From Candidatus Dojkabacteria bacterium (GTDB lineage Bacteria; Patescibacteriota; Dojkabacteria; JAFGLO01), in contig JAFGLO010000008.1 of NCBI GenBank assembly GCA_016927995.1, positions 2,074-66,073 on the forward strand: DNA of 64,000 bases. The letters run 5' to 3'. This document shows, one piece after another, positions 30,639-39,652 of the stretch. The notes beneath the pieces are model-generated. The model saw nothing but the letters and a program-made list of their open reading frames with translations, ran no database searches and was not told where the DNA came from. The translations under genes were made by a program, and so were the position numbers. Numbering within the stretch: position 1 is the first letter of the stretch; the number at the start of each line of letters is the position of its first letter.

Positions 30639-31893
30639 ACTTGGGTCTACTAAGTGCCAATATCATACAGAATAAAAATATTCCGGTCGGTATTGTTAGA
30701 AAATAGTGATCAAACAAACCAATAACTATCACAAAAAGTAATGTAAATAAAGTCTTTGGATTTTGTTTTAGAAGCTGCAACCGAGTGGAAATAAACCCCG
30801 CTATCAATACCCCCCAGCCTATACAGAATACGCCATATTCTACAATTATCGAAAGCAATATGTTGTGAATTGGCTGAATAAAATATGTACCGGTTTTTTG
30901 AATTATTGGGTCAATAGAAGACAGATCAAGAAATCCCGTAATACCCGTGCCAAGAAGTGATTTGGGAAGGTTCGAAGTAAAATGTAAAAGGGCTTGGTCG
31001 ACTTGTTCTATCCTAATTCGCACAAAATCGGCACTTGTGTATACCCCCACCCCTATTACTGCCGTGGCTGTGAGTGTAAGAAGAAGTAACAATACACCGT
31101 GATATCTATTGGAAGTAAGCTTTAGTATCCAGTAAAGTACAAGTAAGAAAATTCCTGCTTTTGATAAGGTTAGGCAAATAATTATACTGCAGATAATTCT
31201 TATAACCGAAGAAAATGTTTTGGAATATGTTGTTTTGTCACTAATGATTAACGTGAATAAAGATAATCCGGCAAGTACGTTAGGATGGGATAAAAATCCA
31301 TAACCTCTAACGATAAATATGTCCTTAATAGACAGGGCGGCTATATCTATCGCAGTTTTATCGATAATAGACTCTCCTATTATGTTTAGTCCAAGCGAAT
31401 GACGGAAAACAACCTGATAGAGCGCTACAATTAAGTTTAAACAAAGCATAGGAAATAATCCGAATTTAACGGCAATTCCGATTTCTTTTTTTGAATATGT
31501 GTTTGATATTGAAAAAGCTGTAATCAAATATAGGATATATTTTAATGTATAACTTAGTGCCGGGTATGAAAAATGTACCGCCAGGGGTATACAAAGCGCA
31601 ACAAGGATAAGGGCTATGGGCGTTGAAAGCCTTTTCTTGAATGCGATGTATATTGTTATAAGAAGGCAAAGAATGTCGATTATGTGGATTGTGGGAATTT
31701 TGTAATAAATTAACCTTCCATTTATATATGAATCAGGTGAGATAAAGTGGTAAGCAATATTGAATCCAAGTGAGAATAGAAGGCTTGAAAGAATTGCAAT
31801 ATTAAGATTCTTGGTTTTTATATATGAAATAACGGCAGGTAAAACAACAAGAATACAGATTAATGATAATTTTAATAGGAAGTGTATATTCAT
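30625..31893 (-). CDS. O-antigen ligase (Wzy_C)-like membrane protein
   Basis: About 12 TM helices; RGYGFLSHPNVLAG, TLSKAG, QPIHNILL..VEYG and FDHY. Confidence 0.8.
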   Translation of the reverse strand: MNIHFLLKLSLICILVVLPAVISYIKTKNLNIAILSSLLFSLGFNIAYHFISPDSYINGRLIYYKIPTIHIIDILCLLITIYIAFKKRLSTPIALILVALCIPLAVHFSYPALSYTLKYILYLITAFSISNTYSKKEIGIAVKFGLFPMLCLNLIVALYQVVFRHSLGLNIIGESIIDKTAIDIAALSIKDIFIVRGYGFLSHPNVLAGLSLFTLIISDKTTYSKTFSSVIRIICSIIICLTLSKAGIFLLVLYWILKLTSNRYHGVLLLLLTLTATAVIGVGVYTSADFVRIRIEQVDQALLHFTSNLPKSLLGTGITGFLDLSSIDPIIQKTGTYFIQPIHNILLSIIVEYGVFCIGWGVLIAGFISTRLQLLKQNPKTLFTLLFVIVIGLFDHYFLTIPTGIFLFCMILALSRPKFIER

Positions 31894-31920
31894 GACCTAT
31901 TTTAGCTTTTATCAACCTAC

Positions 31921-31950
31921 TTGACAAAGGTGAGTAAGGGTTATTATAAT
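31921..31950 (+). promoter_or_regulatory. Sigma70-type promoter of hsp20
   Basis: TTGACA (31921) - 18 nt - TATAAT (31945). Confidence 0.85.
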
Positions 31951-31953
31951 TGG

Positions 31954-31980
31954 TTAGCACTCGGACGTAATGAGTGCCAA
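31954..31980 (+). promoter_or_regulatory. CIRCE element (HrcA operator)
   Basis: TTAGCACTC-N9-GAGTGCCAA, one mismatch from the CIRCE consensus, upstream of a small heat-shock gene. Confidence 0.93.
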
Positions 31981-32007
31981 GATGTATTTAATTTAATTTC
32001 TAAAGTT

Positions 32008-32412
32008 ATGAATAGAATCTCGGTTTGGAACCCTTGGAGCATGATATCTCCCTGGGAGTGGGACGATGAGGATTTCCCACAAAATCTTCCTCCTATGAAT
32101 ATTGTCGATAAGGGTGATACTCTTGAAGTAAAGATTCAGATTCCCGGTTTCGATAAGGAGAATGTAAAAATTACCGTTGAAAACACAAAACTCGTAGTTT
32201 CCGGTGAGGTTAAAAAAGAAACAAAGGAAGAAAATAAGCAGGAAAAGTTCTTTAGGCACGAAATCCAAAACAGATCGTTTAGTAGATCTTGTTCACTTCC
32301 TACGGAGGTGGATTCCGAAAAGGCCAAGGCTACGTTCAAAAATGGTGAACTCATTGTTGAACTTCCCAAGGTCGCCAAAGTTAAACCTAGAGAAATAAAT
32401 ATTATTGAGTAG
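32008..32412 (+). CDS. Hsp20/alpha-crystallin small heat-shock protein
   Basis: IPGFDKENVKI, FSRSCSLP and ATFKNGELIVELPK, with a C-terminal INI motif. Start moved to ATG at 32008. Confidence 0.95.
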   Translation: MNRISVWNPWSMISPWEWDDEDFPQNLPPMNIVDKGDTLEVKIQIPGFDKENVKITVENTKLVVSGEVKKETKEENKQEKFFRHEIQNRSFSRSCSLPTEVDSEKAKATFKNGELIVELPKVAKVKPREINIIE

Positions 32413-32507
32413 CTCGCGATTTCACCTTACGCGGGCTTTGTTCGCCAGGACGTGAACAAAGTTGTGCCAAAGCTCAACTAAAAAGTTAATTAATTCTTAC
32501 TCCCCAC

Positions 32508-32533
32508 TGTCCCCCGACGGCCGTCGGGGGACA
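32508..32533. repeat. Perfect 26-bp GC-rich palindrome (REP-like)
   Basis: TGTCCCCCGACGGCCGTCGGGGGACA; resembles CCCCGACTTGTCGGGG inside the tmRNA. Confidence 0.7.
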
Positions 32534-32601
32534 TACCTCAGTAGCATTGTTTATTGTATAACCGTGTAGATATGCAACCCTAACTTTGTTATTATTAACT
32601 T

Positions 32602-32826
32602 ATGAAGCTTAGTATAAAAGTTGTTCCAAAATCCTCTTGCAATAAGGTTATTCCACAACCCGATGGATCCTTAAAGGTAAAGGTAACGGCGCCACCCGAT
32701 AAAGGCGAGGCAAATAAGGCTGTTTTGGACCTTTTGGCAAAGTACTTTAATATTGCAAAGTCGCAGATTGCTATTTCAAGGGGTGAAACTTCAAGGAAAA
32801 AGGAAGTAGTAATATTAAGGAATTAG
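32602..32826 (+). CDS. DUF167/YggU family protein
   Basis: KVVPKS, LKVKVTAPPDKGEANKA and GETSRKK. Confidence 0.92.
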   Translation: MKLSIKVVPKSSCNKVIPQPDGSLKVKVTAPPDKGEANKAVLDLLAKYFNIAKSQIAISRGETSRKKEVVILRN

Positions 32827-33036
32827 GTCCTTGAGTTCAAAGGCAATTGTGGGCTGTTTACAAAGAATATGCGCCCATTTGCCTGCCCGCCTACGGAGGG
32901 GACTTGAACCCGAGCCGCATGATACCGATAAGGCGAGATATTATAAAGCAGGATGATTATTAAGGAATTAGGTCCTTGAGTTCAAAGGCAATTGTGGTCT
33001 GTTTACAAAGGATATGCGCCCACTTGGACTTGAACC
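32813..33036. repeat. Direct duplication that includes the tRNA-Ile 3' end
   Basis: About 69 bp at 32813-32881 repeats at 32958-33026 with 3 mismatches. The first copy resumes GACTTGAACC after a short GC-rich insert. Confidence 0.85.
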
Positions 33037-33088
33037 AAGGACCCCCGCTTTATAAGAACGGTGCTCTAACCACCTGAGCTATGGGCGC
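33015..33088 (-). tRNA. tRNA-Ile (anticodon UAU)
   Basis: Cloverleaf GCGCCCA-TA-GCTC AGGTGGTTA GAGC-A-CCGTT CTTATAA AGCGG-GGGTC-CTTGG TTCAAGT CCAAG-TGGGCGC-A. CCA is not encoded. Confidence 0.93.
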
Positions 33089-33112
33089 ACAATTAACGGT
33101 TAGCACATAATT

Positions 33113-33682
33113 TTACTTGTTTTGCGAACATTTCTCAAGAGCCGTTAAAAATGATTTATAGGAGGTTTCAGAAAACCTTACAATAAAGTAGACGTCAACA
33201 GAAGCTCGTTTTGAGGCGGTTGGGACCAAGATTCCGGTTGTCTCGAATATTGGAGCACAAAAATGAGTTTTATCACTAGTTATTATTGTTGTCGTTTGGG
33301 AGTAAAGCATATGGGCTGCTCCAAGTAATAAATCACCTAAACCAACACTGTTTTTATCGGACTTATGAAAGTGTATGTACATTTGAGTTAGTGTAATCAC
33401 GTTTTTTAGTTTCTTTTTTAGAATATCGGGATGTAAGATTGTTTTAATAAAAGGGACTTCCTTTATAAAATCTTCCTTTGTTTTAAGTATCATTGGCAAG
33501 AAGGTATCGCGAACATATTCAATATGAACAAACTCGTCTATTAAGAAGTGTGTTGAGTTGGCTTTAATTAGTGGAGTCAGTTCGGTAAGAAAATCAGGAT
33601 CTTGTTGAAGGTGAGTCAAAAAGTTTGTATCAACAAAAACATTACCAAAGCAACCGTCAGGTATATCATGAAATAGTTTAAT
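33113..33682 (-). CDS. PIN-domain (VapC-like) protein; non-canonical start or start-less
   Basis: The frame extends upstream of the tracked TTG to include NVFVDTNFL (PIN motif 1). Also has E, GLGDLLL and ITSD acidic motifs. The only upstream start-like codons are ATT (33682) or ATA. Confidence 0.7.
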   Translation of the reverse strand: MKLFHDIPDGCFGNVFVDTNFLTHLQQDPDFLTELTPLIKANSTHFLIDEFVHIEYVRDTFLPMILKTKEDFIKEVPFIKTILHPDILKKKLKNVITLTQMYIHFHKSDKNSVGLGDLLLGAAHMLYSQTTTIITSDKTHFCAPIFETTGILVPTASKRASVDVYFIVRFSETSYKSFLTALEKCSQNK

Positions 33683-33842
33683 CTATTCTATACTTCTTGC
33701 GGAGAGCCTTCCCTTCTTTTATTATTTTTACTAGTCGTTTGAGTGTGTCATTGGTAAATTTTTCGGTGGAAGGTCTAACATAAGGAAGTCGCTCTATTTT
33801 GAAAATCTTTGTTACTTTAGCAGTATTTATCCTCTTCTTCAT
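33678..33842 (-). CDS. Small basic protein, candidate antitoxin
   Basis: Not in the ORF track. MKKRINTAKVTKIFKIERLPYVRPSTEKFTNDTLKRLVKIIKEGKALRKKYRID* (54 aa). Overlaps the PIN gene and has TATTAT 5 nt upstream. Confidence 0.55.
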   Translation of the reverse strand: MKKRINTAKVTKIFKIERLPYVRPSTEKFTNDTLKRLVKIIKEGKALRKKYRID

Positions 33843-33874
33843 GATTCATAATACCACAAGAATTTTCCATTCGC

Positions 33875-33911
33875 TGGTACCTAGAATGACGTCATGTCAT
33901 TCTAGGTACCA
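33875..33911. terminator. Strong hairpin (terminator or REP-like)
   Basis: TGGTACCTAGAATGAC-GTCAT-GTCATTCTAGGTACCA, a perfect 16-bp stem downstream of 33954-34691. No U-tract. Confidence 0.5.
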
Positions 33912-33953
33912 AGGTTGCTGTAGAAACGTGTACCTTAAGCAGGTATTCTCAAG

Positions 33954-34691
33954 CTAGTCCTCGTAATTAACGATATAGTTAATTTTCTGGTTTTCCACTA
34001 CAGCATCGATTTCATATTCTTCGCCCATATAGGTCATAACGAGCTCGACATTAATCTTTGAAGGAAATTCGTATACAACTTTATTTAGAAGCTCTGTTTT
34101 CTTGTCTATATAAAAGGTGACGACAAGATCTCCGCTAAAGTCAAATTTTGTAGTTATGTCATTTTTGGAGATAGCCTCAACGCCAGATACAAATCCATTA
34201 ATAAAGTCATCTTCATAATCTTTAAAAAGATCCTTGAATTTGTCTGATCCTTCAACAATTGTATATGAATATACCCATTCGTCGGTTGTTGATTTCTCGG
34301 ACTTTAACTCTTTTGTACCGAAAGGAAAGGATTTTCCTTTAAGTTCTTCTGCAATAGCAACAAGTACAGGCTCGTCCCATTCTGTAGTATCTCCTTCGAG
34401 CTCGTATTCTTTGTTTTCGACGTCAACAGTCATTGTATATGAGTCGCCAAGGTCAACTGAAGATGTTTCTCCGGCTATGGTTGTTTTCGTGGTTCCTTTG
34501 GTTTCGACCTTAACGGAAAAGTCGTCGACATCACCGGTAAACTCGAGCTTACTGAACTCGGTGACGGCTTTTTTAAATGTATTATAAGGCTTGTGCATGG
34601 CCAAATAATAATATGCTCCACCACCAAGTAGAGCTAAACCGCCGAGCAAAAGGAATGCTACAACGATTAATCCTAAAACCTTTTTATTCAT
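33954..34691 (-). CDS. Membrane-anchored acidic beta-rich surface protein
   Basis: N-terminal TM ending GGGAYYY; same architecture as 37105 and 37996. Confidence 0.7.
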   Translation of the reverse strand: MNKKVLGLIVVAFLLLGGLALLGGGAYYYLAMHKPYNTFKKAVTEFSKLEFTGDVDDFSVKVETKGTTKTTIAGETSSVDLGDSYTMTVDVENKEYELEGDTTEWDEPVLVAIAEELKGKSFPFGTKELKSEKSTTDEWVYSYTIVEGSDKFKDLFKDYEDDFINGFVSGVEAISKNDITTKFDFSGDLVVTFYIDKKTELLNKVVYEFPSKINVELVMTYMGEEYEIDAVVENQKINYIVNYED

Positions 34692-34828
34692 TTAGGTTTT
34701 ATTAAATTAGTTTCTAGAATTATAAACTATATGAGCGTTTTTATCAATTATTTAACCTTGACTATTCCCTTTTTAAGATGGATACTTGTGCGCACCACAA
34801 ATAATATAACATAGTAACATCTATACCG

Positions 34829-35728
34829 ATGACCAAAATAAGAAAGGCAATAATAACAGCAGCGGGCCGAGGCACAAGGTTTTTGCCGGTGTCAAAAGCA
34901 TTCCAAAAGGAAATGGTTCCCATAATGAATAAACCTCAGCTCCAATGGGTAATAGAAGAGGCACTGGACTCGGGAATAACTGATATTGCTGTTGTTGTAC
35001 GTGAAGGCGTTGAAACATTTAAAAATTACCTTAACTACTCGCGATCGCTTTGGCGATTTTTGAAAGACTCAAACAAAGAACATCTAATGGAAAGCTGGGT
35101 TAATCTCAAACACGAAGCCAAGATAACTTTGTTTTATCAGAAGAACACTGATCCATACGGGAATGGTACTCCTTTTATTTTGGCAAGAAAATTTATAAAG
35201 GATGAGCCGTTTGTTGCAATGTGGGGTGACGATATTATTGTAAAAACTGACGAAAAGAAACCCTCTTGTATTCAACACCTAATTAATTATTATGAAAAAT
35301 ATGACCCCATTGCTGTTCTATCGGCTAAAAAGGTTAAAAGGTCCGAAATTTCAAGATACGGGAGTTACGAATACTTCAAACGTAGTGAATCTAAAATTCC
35401 TTTTCACGTTAAACGTGTTGTAGAAAAACCAAATCCGGAAGAGGCTCCGTCGCTTTATGCCAATGCTTGCAGATTTATCCTTACACCCACAGTTATGGAG
35501 GAACTCTTAAAGAAGATTCCAGGAAAAGATAACGAGCTTTGGCTTACCGACGCTGTCGAGCGTTTAGTTGCCCGTGGAGAAACTGTTTTAGCAGTTCCCT
35601 TTCCAGGAAATGAGTGGATTCCTGTTGGTGATCCAATTAACTGGCTTAGGGCCAATATTGTGCTTTCAGTGAATAAGCCGGAGTATCGGACTGACGTGAT
35701 TAATATTCTGCGAAGTATAAAGTACTAA
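34829..35728 (+). CDS. galU: UTP--glucose-1-phosphate uridylyltransferase (GalU-like)
   Basis: KAIITAAGRGTRFLPVSKAFQKEMVPI, WGDD, VEKP and ELWLTDA. Confidence 0.85.
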   Translation: MTKIRKAIITAAGRGTRFLPVSKAFQKEMVPIMNKPQLQWVIEEALDSGITDIAVVVREGVETFKNYLNYSRSLWRFLKDSNKEHLMESWVNLKHEAKITLFYQKNTDPYGNGTPFILARKFIKDEPFVAMWGDDIIVKTDEKKPSCIQHLINYYEKYDPIAVLSAKKVKRSEISRYGSYEYFKRSESKIPFHVKRVVEKPNPEEAPSLYANACRFILTPTVMEELLKKIPGKDNELWLTDAVERLVARGETVLAVPFPGNEWIPVGDPINWLRANIVLSVNKPEYRTDVINILRSIKY

Positions 35729-37053
35729 TTAAGCACTGCGACATCAACCGGCAGATATTCACGGACATTTTGCGGACTAATGGTAACTTGAGCTACCCCA
35801 CTTTCTACTATTTGCCTTGCAGCATGTCTGCAGATTTTGGTGACGTTTCGTTCGAGCTGACGGATTCCTGCATCAAACCCGATTGGTCTTACAATTTGTG
35901 GCCACACATCTTCAGTAAATACAACCTGCTGGGTGTTTAACCCAAGCGATTCTAATACCCTTGGGAGTAGATAGTTTTTACCGATAACGATCTTTTCCTC
36001 GTCGGAATAACTTGTAAACCGGATTGTTTCAAGTCTATCCAAAAGCGCTGTAGATATGGTTCCGGTGGTATTAGCCGTTGTAATAAAGAATACTTGTGAA
36101 AGATCGATTGGATGGTCAATGTAATAGTCAACGAAATGTGAGTTTTGTTGTGGATCAAGAATTTCCAACAAGACTGCCATCATGTCGCTTCTTAAACCTT
36201 CGTGTCCACTTGTTTTGTCAATCTCGTCAAGTAATATAACGGGGTTCATAGATCCTGTTCTTTGTAGTGCTTTAATAATAAAACCCGGATCTGCATCAAG
36301 CTTTGATCGTGGAATGCCGCGAAGCTCGGACACACTTCCAAGTGCGCCCATGGGTATACGAGTAAACTTTCGACCAAGTGCTTGAGCAATTGATTTTGCC
36401 ATTGTGGTTTTTCCAACACCCTGTAGTCCTACAAAACAAAGTATTGGAGCATTGCCGGATGCACCTTTTAGCTTAGATTCGTCAATTCGGGAACTGGTCT
36501 GCGAACTCGGCATCTCATTGTTAACGGAATCAAACGATTGTTGGGCTGGGATAGTTAGTTGAGTTTTACGCCATGCAACTTCCTGCTGGATCGGTTGGGC
36601 AGCAGACCAAGGATCTGACTGTTGTAATGACGGAGGCGTTTCTTGGCTGACTTGCGCTTGTGTCAATACTTGAGTATCTGTAACAGGTGTATTTGTTTGT
36701 TGCGGTGATTGATAACTTTCCTTTAGTTTCATTACAGCTAAATAGTCCAGAATCATTTGTTTAACCCCTTCCATCCCATGGTGATTTTTGTCCATAAGTT
36801 GTTTGGCGGCTGTAAGGTCAATGGTATCTTTTGTAAAGATTGTCCAGGGAATAGAGTTTATTTGTTCGATATATTTTGAAACGACTTCAAATTCTGCCGA
36901 ATAGCTACCAAAACGGGCCATACGCTCAAGTCGTTCAATCATTCGGGAGATTCGATCTTTAAGTTTTTCCGGAATGGTTGGTGTAGCCGAAGCTTTCTTT
37001 AATTCTTCGATCTCTTCTATTATTGCTTGTGTTTGTTGGGCAGTGTCATACAT
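35725..37053 (-). CDS. Lon-like AAA+ ATPase lacking the protease domain
   Basis: IPW, HHGMEGVKQMILDYLAV, GLQGVGKTT, NPVILLDEIDK, LLEILDPQQN, ALLDRLE and GIRQLER. Ends before any Ser-Lys protease domain. Confidence 0.85.
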   Translation of the reverse strand: MYDTAQQTQAIIEEIEELKKASATPTIPEKLKDRISRMIERLERMARFGSYSAEFEVVSKYIEQINSIPWTIFTKDTIDLTAAKQLMDKNHHGMEGVKQMILDYLAVMKLKESYQSPQQTNTPVTDTQVLTQAQVSQETPPSLQQSDPWSAAQPIQQEVAWRKTQLTIPAQQSFDSVNNEMPSSQTSSRIDESKLKGASGNAPILCFVGLQGVGKTTMAKSIAQALGRKFTRIPMGALGSVSELRGIPRSKLDADPGFIIKALQRTGSMNPVILLDEIDKTSGHEGLRSDMMAVLLEILDPQQNSHFVDYYIDHPIDLSQVFFITTANTTGTISTALLDRLETIRFTSYSDEEKIVIGKNYLLPRVLESLGLNTQQVVFTEDVWPQIVRPIGFDAGIRQLERNVTKICRHAARQIVESGVAQVTISPQNVREYLPVDVAVLN

Positions 37054-37104
37054 ATTAATAAAGTCTACTTGATTTCGGTGCGAAGATCAATTGTACTTTA
37101 GATC

Positions 37105-37968
37105 TTATTCAGGAATTTCAACGTCAACAGAAACATTTGTTTCTAATATTTTTGAGGTTGATACTGATTTGTAAGTCATTTTATATGAAACTCCATCCTC
37201 CTCTTGAGTTCCTATTGTCTCTACGTTCAGATCGCGTTGACAAGGAGTTCCATCCTTTAATAGCCAAAATGTAAGCTCTGCTGTTACAATGGCTTCCATT
37301 CCGCCAGATTCGAAATACTCTTTCATATAATAAATGTCATAGTCATCCGAAAGATCATTGATTACGTCTACATCTGTAACAACAAATTTGTAAACCTTTT
37401 TGCCGTCTAGTTCAACAGTTGATACTTCCATGTCTTCTATATCAATTTCCGAAATTGATTCCCAAATTTCCCATCTGTCATCGAACCAGTTAGTAAGGGT
37501 TTCTTCTTCAACGGTTACAGCGTTATTAATATATCCAAGGTTGTTTTCTGTAAAAGCATCCTCGCCCTCATTCTTTACATAGAAATCAGTATCCTCAATG
37601 TAGATTTCAGAATTGTAATCATTGTCATACACTAGTTCATCGGGATCGTTAGTTTCATTTTTGTCATTTGCAGTTAAAACAATATAAGCCATTTTGTGTG
37701 TTACGTCCTCTTCTATTTCGAGACTAGTTGTATTTTCGTATGTCAGGTAAAGTTCGGTTCCGTTACTAAGTTCCGATTTAAGGGAGTTGTAAGCTTCGGA
37801 GCTGCCTTTTAGGGTTTCAATTTTTTCTAGTTGAGTTGGTATATTGGCTAATGCCTTTTTCGGAGTAGACCTAAATACAAAGTACCAAATAGCTAAGCCA
37901 GTAGCAGAAGCAGTACAAAGCAGAAATATTCCAATGAGTGCAACGACGGTTAGTGTTTTTTTGTTCAT
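37105..37968 (-). CDS. Membrane-anchored acidic beta-rich surface protein (paralog)
   Basis: TM ending AIWYFVFRSTP; shares EIYIEDTDFYVK, LTFW and a terminal V.IPE with the neighbouring gene. Confidence 0.75.
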   Translation of the reverse strand: MNKKTLTVVALIGIFLLCTASATGLAIWYFVFRSTPKKALANIPTQLEKIETLKGSSEAYNSLKSELSNGTELYLTYENTTSLEIEEDVTHKMAYIVLTANDKNETNDPDELVYDNDYNSEIYIEDTDFYVKNEGEDAFTENNLGYINNAVTVEEETLTNWFDDRWEIWESISEIDIEDMEVSTVELDGKKVYKFVVTDVDVINDLSDDYDIYYMKEYFESGGMEAIVTAELTFWLLKDGTPCQRDLNVETIGTQEEDGVSYKMTYKSVSTSKILETNVSVDVEIPE

Positions 37969-37995
37969 TAATGTTTTTTAAAATTTAAAAGTTCA

Positions 37996-38829
37996 TTATT
38001 TAACTCCTTCAGGAATTGTGACGTTGGTTTTATTAATACCACTTGCAACAATATTGAAAATAAGTTTGGAATTTGAATATTGACCATCATCAAAGTCAAT
38101 TTCGGAGGAAACTTCAACGTAGATTTCAACGGGCATCCCATTGGTTCCAATCCAAAGTGTAAGTTTGGCAGATACATCTGAATCTTCTCCCGATACAATT
38201 TCTGATAACTTCTCTGAGATAACGGCTTCTATTAGCTCCTTGTCGGTGGTTTCATACTTATAAGTTCGAACTCCATTGTGATCTTCCTTTTGTATAAATG
38301 TGAATTTGTCTGTGTTATCTTTTACGGCATGAAGGAATGTTCCAAGCCAAGTTTCCTGAAAGTATTTTTCGAGTCCGGCCTCGTTTTCATAGAGAATTTG
38401 CGAAACATCACCAAGTTCATTTTTACCAAAGATTGTCTCGTCGTCGGTTTTTGAATAAAAGGTACTGTCTTCAATATAGACTTCCCCTTTGAGTGTTTCG
38501 GTTTCATCATTTGTTGTAAGACTTGCGTCGAGATCGATATATGCCTTTTTGTTTTTGTAGTCATCCTTTGCAAGTTGGCTTAGTATAAGCTCGGATTTAT
38601 ATGTGCGTTCGGTCCCATCTTCGAGATATTTTGATTCAATAAAGTGACTTCGCTTTACTAAGAATTCTGCACTGTTAATTGTTTCGAGTTTGTCGTTAAG
38701 TTTGCTCAGTGCCGTCTCGGGGGTTACCCTCAGAAAAAAGTACCAGATAGCAAAACCGCCGCCGCCAACAATCAAAAGGCCCAAAATTACCGCGATTTCG
38801 ATTCCAACAAAAAGTGAAGATTTCTTCAT
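37996..38829 (-). CDS. Membrane-anchored acidic beta-rich surface protein (paralog)
   Basis: TM ending AIWYFFLRVTP; EVYIEDSTFYSK, LTLW and VTIPE. Confidence 0.75.
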   Translation of the reverse strand: MKKSSLFVGIEIAVILGLLIVGGGGFAIWYFFLRVTPETALSKLNDKLETINSAEFLVKRSHFIESKYLEDGTERTYKSELILSQLAKDDYKNKKAYIDLDASLTTNDETETLKGEVYIEDSTFYSKTDDETIFGKNELGDVSQILYENEAGLEKYFQETWLGTFLHAVKDNTDKFTFIQKEDHNGVRTYKYETTDKELIEAVISEKLSEIVSGEDSDVSAKLTLWIGTNGMPVEIYVEVSSEIDFDDGQYSNSKLIFNIVASGINKTNVTIPEGVK

Positions 38830-38906
38830 TTTTTTAAGTTGAACTTATTTAAGATATATAGCTAAAGTTTATCATAGTTGTTTTGGTAGGTAAATTGTGG
38901 TTAATG

Positions 38907-39632
38907 TTATTTTGCAATATCCGAAACTTCGATTAAATTATTTATCACGTATTTAGCTTTTCGATATCCTTCTTCTGTATCATTTATTGAATGGTTGCCT
39001 GGTTTTATAAACAATACCGTTTCAATATTTACAGCGTTTGCACCTTCTATGTCTGTATGGGCGTTGTCACCGATCATTAAGGCATCTTGAGGGAGTGTGT
39101 TAAGTTTGTGAAGGGCTTTAAGAAACATTATTGAGCTTGGTTTATCACTACCTGTTTCTTCACTTGTGATAATTTCATCAAAATAACTGGCAATACCAAG
39201 CCTTTTTAGTTTTCTTAACTGAATACTTGTTGTTAAATCTGAAACAATAGCCATTTTAATTTTGTGAATCCTTAGTTGTTCTAGTATTTCTTTCGCATTT
39301 GGGAAAAGGATCATGTTGTCAAAATAGACATCCCAGTAGTTGTCATAAAGTGACAAAATAAATTCCGCAGAAATAGGTGTGAAAGAATTGGTTTGGTTGC
39401 GTAAGTGTTCGAATATTCGTTGAAAATAAAGAATCCTGTTGTGTGAGCTGGCTGTGCCTTCAAGTTCTATGTGGATCTCTCTTCTGGAAAGTTCATATAA
39501 TTGTTGGAATATGTTTTTAGATACGTTGTATTCTTTACTAACTATATTGTATATGGCGGCGATCGATTTATTGTGCGCAATATCGTAGTCATAGAGAGTA
39601 TTATCTAAGTCCCAGAGAACAGCCTTTTTCAT
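38907..39632 (-). CDS. HAD-superfamily hydrolase
   Basis: WDLDNTL, DKPS and MIGDNAHTDIEGA. Confidence 0.92.
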   Translation of the reverse strand: MKKAVLWDLDNTLYDYDIAHNKSIAAIYNIVSKEYNVSKNIFQQLYELSRREIHIELEGTASSHNRILYFQRIFEHLRNQTNSFTPISAEFILSLYDNYWDVYFDNMILFPNAKEILEQLRIHKIKMAIVSDLTTSIQLRKLKRLGIASYFDEIITSEETGSDKPSSIMFLKALHKLNTLPQDALMIGDNAHTDIEGANAVNIETVLFIKPGNHSINDTEEGYRKAKYVINNLIEVSDIAK

Positions 39633-39652
39633 TGGTGTAATATCAAACTTAT

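Noticed and set aside
31921-32007. N-terminal extension of Hsp20 from TTG at 31921
   Set aside because: That TTG is the -35 box, and the stretch contains the promoter and CIRCE.
32413-32480. Possible ncRNA (three small hairpins) after hsp20
   Set aside because: No recognisable family or second copy; most simply a terminator region.
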